A stretch of DNA of 64,000 nucleotides from an uncultured Eubacteriales bacterium (GCA_900320085.1 ONRC01000005.1:35735-99734), one strand, 5' to 3'. Positions 1 through 7,774 are shown, counted from the stretch's first letter. The notes: generated by a model from the sequence alone, not told the origin. A program made the numbers and translations.

Positions 1-626
1 AAGCGGTCACCGCCGATGCTCTTGCCGGGGGCCACGTCCCACAAGTTGCCCAGGCTGCTCACCCAGCCCAGGGCCTGGGCTTCTTTCTTGGTGATGTAGT
101 TGGACGGCAGTTTGCCAAAAGCCCGCAGGTACGCCGCCACATGTTCTTTATCGGAATACTCTCCATCCTCCACCACGAAGGGTTCTTCTTCGGCTTCCGC
201 TTCTTTGGGCGGGGCGGTGGCGTCGGGCTTGGCGGCAGCGGGGTCGGCGGGCAGCTCCGCGCCGATTTCCTCCGCCAGCAGCACGTAGGTTTCCTCATCC
301 AGCTGCCCGGTGGCATTCAGGCCGAAATCCTTCTGGAAGTCCAGCACCGCCGCTTCCAGCGCTTTGCTGAAATTGCCGTCGGTCTTGCCGCTGTAATAGC
401 CCAGCTGCTTGAGCGCTTCCTGGGCGACCTTCACTTCCTTGCCGGAATCGCCCTTTTTCAGGGTTTGGAAGCCCTCGGCGTTCGCGGCGGCGAAGGGCAG
501 CGCGCCGGTGTTTCCGTTCCGGCCCGGCGCGAAGATGAAGAAGATGCTGCCGCCGATCACGGCCAGCGCCACCACGACGGCGACGATGCGGGCGATCATG
601 CTTCTTGTTTTGTTTTCCTGCGTCAT
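1..626 (-). CDS. Barnase-family ribonuclease with N-terminal TM helix and peptidoglycan-binding domain; partial, 3' end runs off the window
   Basis: Own minus-strand translation from ATG 626..624. It is absent from the ORF track because there is no stop inside the window. MTQENKTRSMIARIVAVVVALAVIGGSIFF is a TM helix. GDSGKEVKVAQEALKQLGYYSGKTDGNFSKALEAAVLDFQKDFGL is PG_binding_1-like. EHVAAYLRAFGKLPSNYITKKEAQALGWVSSLGNLWDVAPGKSIGGDR matches the barnase core YHKLPDNYITKSEAQALGWVASKGNLADVAPGKSIGGD. ATGA start/stop overlap with the upstream methyltransferase. Confidence 0.85.
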   Translation of the reverse strand, partial: MTQENKTRSMIARIVAVVVALAVIGGSIFFIFAPGRNGNTGALPFAAANAEGFQTLKKGDSGKEVKVAQEALKQLGYYSGKTDGNFSKALEAAVLDFQKDFGLNATGQLDEETYVLLAEEIGAELPADPAAAKPDATAPPKEAEAEEEPFVVEDGEYSDKEHVAAYLRAFGKLPSNYITKKEAQALGWVSSLGNLWDVAPGKSIGGDR

Positions 627-1846
627 GTGTTTTCCTCCTGTATCCATACGCTGCGGTTGCCCAGCACGTCCGAAATCAGCACGGCGGGCACGCCCCGCAG
701 CTGGGGCAATTGCAGCGTGGTTTGCAGCGCCGGGGTATGCTTGGCCCGGGCGGCGTTGGCCTGCACGTAGAACGCCCGGTCGCGGTAAAAGCCCACCGAC
801 CACTGGTCCACCGCGTCCAGTCCCGTGACGGGCGCGCCTTCCGGCGTCCGGTAATCAATCAGATGCGCGTCGTGGAAGGCGATGCCGGGGTCAAATTCTG
901 CCTCCATCACCGCGCCTGAGGTGCCCGTCGGCGCTTCCACGGTCATGGCGGTATCCAGCAGGCGCTTGCGCGTCACAGACAGGGAAAGCGTCCCCACATC
1001 CGAGGACAGGAACCGCCGCCCTTCCTCCGCCGCGGCCACCGCCGTGGTGCCCGAACCGCCGAACAGATCAGCCACCAGGTCGCCCTTGCGGGTGGTGGAA
1101 AGGATGATGCGCTTGAGCAGCGCCAGGGGCTTTTGGGTGTCGTAGCCGGTGCGCTGTGGGTCCTTCTGCTGCAAATGGCTCACGTCCGTCCACACATCTC
1201 CGGGATAAACGGGGTCATCGTCGTAATAAATATAGGTCTTTCCCCCGGACTTGATGCTGCGGTAGGGCCGCCCCTGCTCGTCGATGCTGCGGCGCATGTG
1301 GTTGGAGCGGTTTTCGCCCCGGGAAATGGGCACTGCCTGGATGTTGAAATACTGGCTGCGGGACTTGCGGTAGAAAAGAATCACGTCATGCTTGCGGGAA
1401 AAGCGCTTCATCGTGCGCCCGCCGGACTGGTAGGCCCAGATGATCTCATTCACGAAATTGCTTTCCCCGAAAATATCATCGCACAAAAGCCGCGCGTGCG
1501 CCGCCATGCGGCTGTCCAGATGCAAAAACAGCGACCCTTCCTCACTCAGCAGCACCTTGGCGTTTTCCAGCGCCTCCCGCAGCAGGCCCAGAAATTCCGC
1601 CTTCCCGGAAAATTTATCCTGATAGGCAGGCAGGGTCAGGGTGTTTTTGCCCGTCGTCCAGCCCTTCTCCCCCACGCGCATCCGCATAAAAAACTCGTCC
1701 CCGGTCATAAACGGCGGGTCGAGATACACGCACGCGGCCTGGCCCGCCCAGCGGCTGAAATCGCCCCGGGCATCCCGCAGAAGCAAATGGCCCTGACTGC
1801 CGTTCAAATGGATTTCCCGGTCGCATTCCACCTGTACCCAGGACAT
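623..1846 (-). CDS. Site-specific DNA methyltransferase, N6-adenine/N4-cytosine, beta-class (N6_N4_Mtase family), with ~115 aa C-terminal extension
   Basis: 407 aa ORF. Catalytic motif VYLDPPF lies near the N-terminus and the SAM motif DLFGGSGTTAVAA near residue 270, which is the beta-class circular order as in CcrM-type enzymes. RBS GGGAGG lies 8 nt upstream of the ATG. No restriction endonuclease gene is adjacent. Confidence 0.85.
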   Translation of the reverse strand: MSWVQVECDREIHLNGSQGHLLLRDARGDFSRWAGQAACVYLDPPFMTGDEFFMRMRVGEKGWTTGKNTLTLPAYQDKFSGKAEFLGLLREALENAKVLLSEEGSLFLHLDSRMAAHARLLCDDIFGESNFVNEIIWAYQSGGRTMKRFSRKHDVILFYRKSRSQYFNIQAVPISRGENRSNHMRRSIDEQGRPYRSIKSGGKTYIYYDDDPVYPGDVWTDVSHLQQKDPQRTGYDTQKPLALLKRIILSTTRKGDLVADLFGGSGTTAVAAAEEGRRFLSSDVGTLSLSVTRKRLLDTAMTVEAPTGTSGAVMEAEFDPGIAFHDAHLIDYRTPEGAPVTGLDAVDQWSVGFYRDRAFYVQANAARAKHTPALQTTLQLPQLRGVPAVLISDVLGNRSVWIQEENT

Positions 1847-1906
1847 GATTTTTACCTCCCGTGCTGTGATGAGGGAATAGAGATGAGAGAATAGGGTAAT
1901 ATTGAT

Positions 1907-2389
1907 TCAAAATTCTTTCAGCCGTTCATTAAAAGCATGGATGGCGTCGAGAAAAGCCGCGTGCTCGGGGCAAGCATAGAGCACCTTGCCCGCTTCCTTG
2001 ACCGCTTCCACGAACGCGGGGTTCAGCCCCCGCTTGCCCGATTCCATTAAGGGGCACACGGCCCAGGCCCGCCGATCCATTTTCGCGCCGGTGCGGGTGG
2101 GCAGCATCGGGAACAGGCGGCAGGAAAGGGGGCGATTTTCCCGTTCACAGATACCGTCGCAGGTCAGCAGCTTCATGCCCGGCAGCACGGCGTTATCCTC
2201 CCGGATGGAAAAGCCTTCCGGAAGGGTTTCATACAGCGCTTCTTCGCCGGGAAACAGCAGCATGCCGCCCTGGCCGTCCTCGTCCGGCTGGCAGCAGGCG
2301 CCGCCGCAGGCCCGGCCGCAATCCGTTTTGAGCGGCGTCACATCATTCAGTATCCTCCTGGCTTCCACAACCGCTTCGAGCAGTTCCAT
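1907..2389 (-). CDS. YkgJ/UPF0153-family Cys-rich zinc/iron-chelating protein
   Basis: Motif TDCGRACGGACCQ plus further Cys residues (CDGIC, CRLFP, CPLM, CPEH), typical of the CxxCxxCC family. The ORF extends to 2452, but the ATG at 2389 (MELLEAV) avoids overlap with the cca promoter. The start is uncertain. Confidence 0.6.
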   Translation of the reverse strand: MELLEAVVEARRILNDVTPLKTDCGRACGGACCQPDEDGQGGMLLFPGEEALYETLPEGFSIREDNAVLPGMKLLTCDGICERENRPLSCRLFPMLPTRTGAKMDRRAWAVCPLMESGKRGLNPAFVEAVKEAGKVLYACPEHAAFLDAIHAFNERLKEF

Positions 2390-2495
2390 GCAAGCAGCCC
2401 CCAACGCTCCTAGATATACAGTAATCATACCACAAAATCCATGGATTGACAAGGCGGGAATCTGCGATTATGATAAATCGGAAGGAGTGATTCCA

Positions 2496-3743
2496 TTGTA
2501 TTTGATTTTACCACGGCCGGTGGAAACGGCTTTGAACCGTCTGGAAACGGCGGGCTATCCGGCCTTTGCGGTAGGCGGGTGCGTGCGCGACCACGTACTG
2601 GGCTTTACCCCCCACGATTACGACATCTGCACCGCCGCCACCCCGGAGGAAATGCAGCGGGTTTTTCAAGGGGAACGCACCATTGAAACGGGCTTAAAGC
2701 ACGGCACCCTGACGGTGCTGCTTGGCGGGATGCCGCTGGAAATCACCACCTTCCGGGTGGACGGCGCGTATTCCGACGGAAGGCACCCTGATTCCGTGCG
2801 CTTCACCGCGCGGGTGGAGGACGATCTGTCCCGCCGCGACTTCACCATCAACGCCATGGCGTACTCGCCTGTGGCCGGGTTGGTTGACCCCTTTGGCGGT
2901 CAGGAAGATTGCAAAGCTGGGATCATTCGCTGTGTGGGCGATCCCGCTGCCCGATTCGGGGAGGACGCGCTGCGCATCCTGCGGGCGCTGCGGTTTTCCG
3001 CCCGGCTGGGCTTCCCCATCGAGGACGCGACCGCCCAGGCTGTCCGGGAGGGCAGAAGCCAGCTAGGCCACGTCAGCCAGGAACGCATTGCGGTGGAACT
3101 GACGGGCGTGCTGCAGGGCGGCCACGCCGCCGGCGTGCTCAAGCAATTTCCCGAGGTGATCGAAACCGTCCTGCCGGAGTTAAGTCCCCTGATGCGCGGC
3201 GATGATTGGCTGCTAACCCTGAAAACCATTTCTTCTGCGCCGAAGGAGGCCGAGCTCCGATGGGCCGCGTTTCTTCTGCAATGCGGCGCAGATGCGGAGA
3301 GCAGCGCGAAAACGGCCCGCGAAATTTTGAAAAGCCTGAAAATGTCCGTCAAAATGATGGACACCGTATCCGAATTGGTAAGCTATCAGCGCGCTGACCT
3401 GCGCCTTGAAACCATGCAGGAAATGCTGATGCTTGTCGGTCCGGAACGGCTGGGGCAGCTGATCCTGCTGCGGCAGGCTGTGCGAACCGCCGAAGAAAAA
3501 GAAAGCCCGGACGCCGTCGCCCGGGACACGGAAGCACTGAGAGAAAAGCTGTCGTCATTGCTCAGCGAAAACGCCTGCTACACGCTTTCTCAATTGGCTG
3601 TGAACGGAAAGGACATGGCCGCTCTCGGCCTGCGCGGCCCCGCCATCGGGGAAACGCTCCACGCCCTGCTGCTGCAAGTGGTGCGCGGGCAGGTTGAAAA
3701 TGAACGGGATGCCTTGTTGAACACGGTGAAAAAGACACTTTAA
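2496..3743 (+). CDS. cca: CCA-adding tRNA nucleotidyltransferase
   Basis: AVGGCVRDHVLGFTPHDYDICT, RDFTINAMAY and ALRILRALRFSARLGF motifs of polyA polymerase/CCA enzymes. The track ORF (1986..3743) is 5'-extended. A TTG at 2496 is preceded by GGAAGGAG at 8 nt spacing. Confidence 0.85.
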   Translation: MYLILPRPVETALNRLETAGYPAFAVGGCVRDHVLGFTPHDYDICTAATPEEMQRVFQGERTIETGLKHGTLTVLLGGMPLEITTFRVDGAYSDGRHPDSVRFTARVEDDLSRRDFTINAMAYSPVAGLVDPFGGQEDCKAGIIRCVGDPAARFGEDALRILRALRFSARLGFPIEDATAQAVREGRSQLGHVSQERIAVELTGVLQGGHAAGVLKQFPEVIETVLPELSPLMRGDDWLLTLKTISSAPKEAELRWAAFLLQCGADAESSAKTAREILKSLKMSVKMMDTVSELVSYQRADLRLETMQEMLMLVGPERLGQLILLRQAVRTAEEKESPDAVARDTEALREKLSSLLSENACYTLSQLAVNGKDMAALGLRGPAIGETLHALLLQVVRGQVENERDALLNTVKKTL

Positions 3744-3745
3744 GT

Positions 3746-4425
3746 CACGACGGAGCGAGGGCCTATGCGGCCCTCGTGCACCTGCACCAGGAGATTTCTC
3801 ACGGGGCTGCCGCCCGGCCTACGCTGAGAATGATCCACTGGATCATTCTCCGGGCGCTTCAGCCCTCCTGGACCTCAATAGCGGAAACTACATGAATTGT
3901 AAAATCTGCTTGGTTCCCGCTGATACAGGGAAGAACGCGGAAGTCTGGCTTAGTGCCGTTGTGCTTCTGACCCGGCGGATGAATCGCCGATGACCGCCTG
4001 TGGCGGGAATTTCATCGGCGATGAAATCAGGCGAAACGAGCAATGTCCGCATGAAGCGGACTTGCGACGGCCTGCGGGGAACGCCGCCAGCCCGGATGCT
4101 TTGCATCCGGGGAAAGCCAGGGAAGAATCCGCAGGGGAAAGTTTACTTTCCCCCTCGGATTTTCCCGGGCTTTCTTGGGTCAGAAGTCCTCATCCTTTTC
4201 GTAACCCCAGCGCGACAGGCGGAGCTTGGCTGCTTTTCCCAACTACGTTATTTCGCCAAATGCGGGTCCAGGGACGAAGCACGGACAGCCGCCTGTGGCG
4301 GATGTTCTGTCCGTGCTGAGATCAGCCGAAACGAGCAATCTCGCCATGAAGGCGAGTTGCGACGATTGAGGCTGCGGATACTCAGGACCCTGGTTGGGGT
4401 CTGGGGCGAACAGCTGCGTGTTTTA
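3746..4425 (+). repeat. Family-A modular intergenic element, copy 1 (longest; carries modules M1, M2 twice, M3)
   Basis: Collinear sequence identity with 20941-21530 (+) and 31781-32055 (-). Starts 3 nt after the cca stop codon. Dense nested hairpins and no coding-like ORF. Confidence 0.85.
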
Positions 4426-4442
4426 AAGTGTCCAATCAATCA

Positions 4443-5192
4443 TCACACAAAAACCTCCACCACCGTGTTTTCCTTTCCCTTTTTCGACAGGCTTTCCACG
4501 CCCGCGTAGCGGAAGCGGCCAAAGCCGCGCACGGAGATCACGTCGCCGGACTTGGGGGTGTGGCCGGGGCTTTCGCACAGACGGCCGCTGACGAAGATCT
4601 TCCCGGCAGGGAAAAGCGCCTGCGCGTCCCCTCGGCTCATCTTGAACACATGCGCCACCAGCGCGTCCACCCGCTGGGACGCCACCTGCACCAGCATCCG
4701 CCTGGTTTCAAACAGCGCGCCCTCCGGCAGCTCCGGGATGATTTCGCTGGAGAGGGAGGTGTGCCGCGCCTGCACGAAATGCTCCACAATATAGGTTGCG
4801 ATGTGTTCTTCACAGAACAGATATGCCGCGTCCTTCCGGACTACAATGTCCCCCAGCAATTCCCGCTCCATCCCCAGCGCCATCAAGGAGCCCAGATAAT
4901 CCCGGTGGGTCAGGGGCTCGGCAAACTTCGCGCTCAGTGGCGCGATGCGCAGTATGGCGATGGGAAAGGCCTGATCGTAGCCGCACAGTGCCTCGCCGCC
5001 AAAACGCAGCATCTGGCGTTCGCACCCCTCAGCTCCGCCGAACAGCGTCCAGGGAACCGGCGGCAGTGATGACAGCAACGACATAAAATCCGACCGTCCT
5101 GCCAGATCCAGGAAATGCGTAAAACAATAGATCCCCTGGTTATAGCTGCGGTTCGCCAGTTCGGTGAGCCGCTTTTTCAGCGTTTCGTCCAT
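4443..5192 (-). CDS. YlmH-like RNA-binding protein with C-terminal S4 domain
   Basis: 249 aa from ATG 5192 (MDETLKKRLTELANRSY) with AGGAGG RBS. The C-terminus VDALVAHVFKMSRGDAQALFPAGKIFVSGR is S4-like. The track ORF 4443..5990 is an artificial 5' extension running antisense through the NUDIX gene. Confidence 0.7.
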   Translation of the reverse strand: MDETLKKRLTELANRSYNQGIYCFTHFLDLAGRSDFMSLLSSLPPVPWTLFGGAEGCERQMLRFGGEALCGYDQAFPIAILRIAPLSAKFAEPLTHRDYLGSLMALGMERELLGDIVVRKDAAYLFCEEHIATYIVEHFVQARHTSLSSEIIPELPEGALFETRRMLVQVASQRVDALVAHVFKMSRGDAQALFPAGKIFVSGRLCESPGHTPKSGDVISVRGFGRFRYAGVESLSKKGKENTVVEVFV

Positions 5193-5273
5193 GCCGCGCC
5201 TCCTGCTGTCCGTATCTTGCAAATCGGATGCTTTCCTGCTACAATAATACCAGTGAAGCAGGAGGAAAGCAAC

Positions 5274-6032
5274 ATGGAAATGTGGGATTTGTATGATAAA
5301 AACCGTACCTTGACCGGCGAAACCATTGAACGCGGCAAGCCGGGACCGGAAGGCCGGTATCATCTGGTGGTGGACGCGCTTTTCCTGAACAGCAAGGGAG
5401 AAACGCTTTTGCAGCGCCGGGCGAAGGACAAGGACGTGATGCCGGACATTTGGTCGGTGGCCGGCGGTTCCGCCCTGTCGGGCGAGGACAGCGCCGCCGC
5501 CATCGCCCGGGAGGTTTCGGAAGAAATGGGGTTTGCGCCTGATTTTTCGCAGGGACGCATTATGATGACCGAGCGGCGGGAAAGAAAGCTCTGCGGCTTT
5601 TTCCGGGACGTATGGCTGTTCCGCCAGGACGCAGCCATCGAGGATATGCGCTGGCAGCCGGAAGAAGTACAGGACGGCATGTGGATTCTGCCGGAAAAGA
5701 TTGCCGCCGATCCTGAACTGTGGAAGCAGCTGAACGAGCTGTATTTCTGGAAAGAAGCCTACCCATACCTGCTGCTGGAAAGCATGCGCATCCGCATCCC
5801 GAAGGGATATTACCGCCACTATAAGGGCAACCGCTATGAGGTGCTGAACCTGGGCTTGCATTCCGAAACATTGGAGCCCATGGTGATTTATCGCGCGCTG
5901 TACGGACATGGAGAAATCTGGACGCGCCCGGCCGCTATGTGGAACGAAACGGTCATCCTTCCCGACGGTTCTTCCGCGCTCCGGTTTCAACTGGAATCGC
6001 CCGAAAAAGTGGAAGGAGAAAATGAAAAATGA
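5274..6032 (+). CDS. NUDIX hydrolase fused to a C-terminal DUF1653-like domain
   Basis: Nudix box GGSALSGEDSAAAIAREVSEEMGF. The C-terminal YRHYKGNRYEVLNLGLHSETLEPMVIYRALYGHGEIWTRP resembles DUF1653. ATG 5274 is preceded by GGAGGAAAG. Confidence 0.75.
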   Translation: MEMWDLYDKNRTLTGETIERGKPGPEGRYHLVVDALFLNSKGETLLQRRAKDKDVMPDIWSVAGGSALSGEDSAAAIAREVSEEMGFAPDFSQGRIMMTERRERKLCGFFRDVWLFRQDAAIEDMRWQPEEVQDGMWILPEKIAADPELWKQLNELYFWKEAYPYLLLESMRIRIPKGYYRHYKGNRYEVLNLGLHSETLEPMVIYRALYGHGEIWTRPAAMWNETVILPDGSSALRFQLESPEKVEGENEK

Positions 6033-6349
6033 TCACTGTGAATTTGTATTATAAAGGCCAGAACGGCAGCGCCCAGGCCTTTGTCCGGGAAATGGAGGAA
6101 TCCGGCGTCGCGGACGCCATCCGCGCGGAGGAAGGGAATCTGCGCTATCAGTATTTCCAGCCGCTGAACGACCCGGAAACCGTGCTGCTCATCGACTCTT
6201 GGCGGGATCAGGCCGCCATCGACGCTCATCATGCCAGTCCTATGATGGCCCGGCTGACTTCCCTCCGGGAAAAATACGACCTGCACATGACCGCCGAGCG
6301 CTTCATCAGCGACGAGCTCGGCACGGACGCGGCGTTTATCCGAAAATGA
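6029..6349 (+). CDS. Antibiotic-biosynthesis-monooxygenase (ABM) domain protein
   Basis: 106 aa with ferredoxin-like ABM pattern (LRYQYFQPLNDPETVLLIDSWRDQAAIDAHHASPMM). ATGA overlap with the NUDIX gene stop. Confidence 0.65.
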   Translation: MITVNLYYKGQNGSAQAFVREMEESGVADAIRAEEGNLRYQYFQPLNDPETVLLIDSWRDQAAIDAHHASPMMARLTSLREKYDLHMTAERFISDELGTDAAFIRK

Positions 6350-6464
6350 ATAAGAGCCGTCATATCATGGACGCACTGACCGGAAGGCATTCTTTTACGG
6401 TGTTCCTGCTGGAGAGGCGTTCCTTACTGCCTGAAGCGAATAAGCAAAAATGAATCCGCCCATG

Positions 6465-6496
6465 CAAAAGCCCATGCCGCACGGCATGGGCTTTTG
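6465..6496. terminator. Bidirectional intrinsic terminator between convergent genes
   Basis: CAAAAGCCCATGCCG-CA-CGGCATGGGCTTTTG: a perfect GC-rich stem flanked by an A-run and a T-run, so it reads as stem plus U-tract on both strands. Confidence 0.8.
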
Positions 6497-6510
6497 TCTG
6501 TCATCGGATA

Positions 6511-7659
6511 TTATTTCACGATCTCGTGGTATTCCCGGTCGATGGTCTGCAGCCAGTCGATGATGGACAGATGCTGGGGGCAGGCAGCTTCGCACGCGCC
6601 GCACTGGACGCACTGGGACGCGTCGGAACCGTGTTCGATCTGGCCGCGGTAGTTGTTGATGAAGCGGCCTTCCTGCTCGAACATTTTGCTCTGGTTGTAG
6701 CCGTGGAAGATGTCGGGGATATGCACATTCTGGGGGCAGGGCTGGCAGTACTGGCAGCCGGTGCACTTGACGGGCATCCGGGACAGATACGCCTTTTTCA
6801 GCTCCTTGGCAAAGGCGCGGTCCTCCTCCGTCATACCGCCCACAGTCAGGGTATCAAAGATGCGCAGGTTGTCGTCCAGCTGTTCCGGGGTGCTCATGCC
6901 GCTCAGGATGGTGGCCACCTCGGGATAGTCCGCGATGTAGGCGAAGGCCCATTCCACGGCGCTGCGCTTATGGGGATTGGCTTCCATCAAGTCCTTCACG
7001 TTCTGGGGCGGATTCGCCAGCGCGCCGCCGCGCAGCGGCTCCATGATCACCAGGGGCACGCCGCACTTGCCCGCTTCCCGCAGGCCCTTCACGCCCGCCT
7101 GCTCCTCGTCGTCCAGGTAGTTGAACTGAATCTGGGCCAGGCCCCATTCGTCGTAGTCATGCAGGATGCGCAGGAAGGTGTCGCAGTCGTCGTGGAAGGA
7201 GAAGCCGGGGTGCTTCACGCGCCCGTCCTTCACGGCCTGCTTGAAAAAGTCCTTGTAGTGGAAGGCCTGCATCTTGTCCATGCGGCTCTTGTCCATGGCG
7301 TGGAGCAGATAAAAGTCCACATAGGGCACGTCCAGCTTTTTGAGCTGCTCGTCCAGCAGACGGTTCATGTCCTTTTCCTCGTTCACCGCCCACACCGGCA
7401 GCTTGGTGGTCAGGGTCACCTTGTCCCGGTAGCCTTCCTTCAGGGCCAGGCCCACCACGATTTCGCTTTCGCCGCCGTGATAAGGATAAGCGGTGTCCAC
7501 ATAGGTAATGCCGCCGTCAATGCCGTGGCGGATCATGCCGATCGCCTTTTCCCGGTCGATCACGTCCCGGTCGCCGTCCTTCACGGTGGGCAGGCGCATA
7601 CAGCCAAAGCCCAGGCGGGACACGTCAAAGCCATGCTTGCCAAAAGGTACATACTGCAT
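6511..7659 (-). CDS. Aldo/keto reductase with C-terminal 4Fe-4S ferredoxin-type cluster domain
   Basis: LGFGCMRLP, ITYVDTAYPYHGGESE and LEPLRGG are AKR motifs. C-terminal CTGCQYCQPCP and CVQCGACEAACP are Fe-S motifs. ATG 7659 (MQYVPFGK) has a GGAGGAG RBS. Confidence 0.85.
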   Translation of the reverse strand: MQYVPFGKHGFDVSRLGFGCMRLPTVKDGDRDVIDREKAIGMIRHGIDGGITYVDTAYPYHGGESEIVVGLALKEGYRDKVTLTTKLPVWAVNEEKDMNRLLDEQLKKLDVPYVDFYLLHAMDKSRMDKMQAFHYKDFFKQAVKDGRVKHPGFSFHDDCDTFLRILHDYDEWGLAQIQFNYLDDEEQAGVKGLREAGKCGVPLVIMEPLRGGALANPPQNVKDLMEANPHKRSAVEWAFAYIADYPEVATILSGMSTPEQLDDNLRIFDTLTVGGMTEEDRAFAKELKKAYLSRMPVKCTGCQYCQPCPQNVHIPDIFHGYNQSKMFEQEGRFINNYRGQIEHGSDASQCVQCGACEAACPQHLSIIDWLQTIDREYHEIVK

Positions 7660-7774
7660 ATTGTTTTCTCCTCCCATTGTTGATCCGTCGTGCGCGATCC
7701 TTCGTTTCTTCTCCATCTCATTATAACAGCTTCAAACGGATTTGTCCACGATAGTTTGGAACTTTATGGGAATC

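Noticed and set aside
3746-4425. Family-A element as RNase P RNA, tmRNA, SRP RNA, 6S RNA or a group II intron remnant.
   Set aside because: It is present in three copies within 64 kb and none of the universally conserved cores could be found by eye: RNase P GGAAAGUCCGG / ACAGAA blocks, the tmRNA tRNA-like ends and tag ORF, the SRP GGAA/AGCA domain IV, and group II domain V. Only a covariance-model search can exclude other Rfam families.
4000-4509. ORFs of 60-210 aa lying inside repeat elements, for example 4000-4509, 3990-4319, 21100-21414, 21477-22109, 13417-14025, 29236-29748 and 40595-40867.
   Set aside because: They run through palindromic repeat modules, and the same peptide-like strings (ERFPP, GKPLF, SEGGLGE) recur wherever the repeat recurs in either orientation. 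They have no RBS and overlap better-supported features.
4443-5990. 5'-extended versions of real genes in the ORF track: 4443-5990, 1986-3743, 22185-23174, 56833-57948, 17995-18807, 51179-52174 and 62462-63499.
   Set aside because: The extensions cross divergent genes or repeats and lack coding-like sequence. Internal starts with good Shine-Dalgarno sequences reproduce the expected family N-termini, so trimmed coordinates are reported instead.
6346-6453. 35-codon ORF overlapping the ABM gene stop, considered as a stand-alone micro-protein gene.
   Set aside because: There is no RBS beyond the ATGA coupling, no recognisable motif, and no way to test conservation here. It is kept only as a note inside a low-interest finding.
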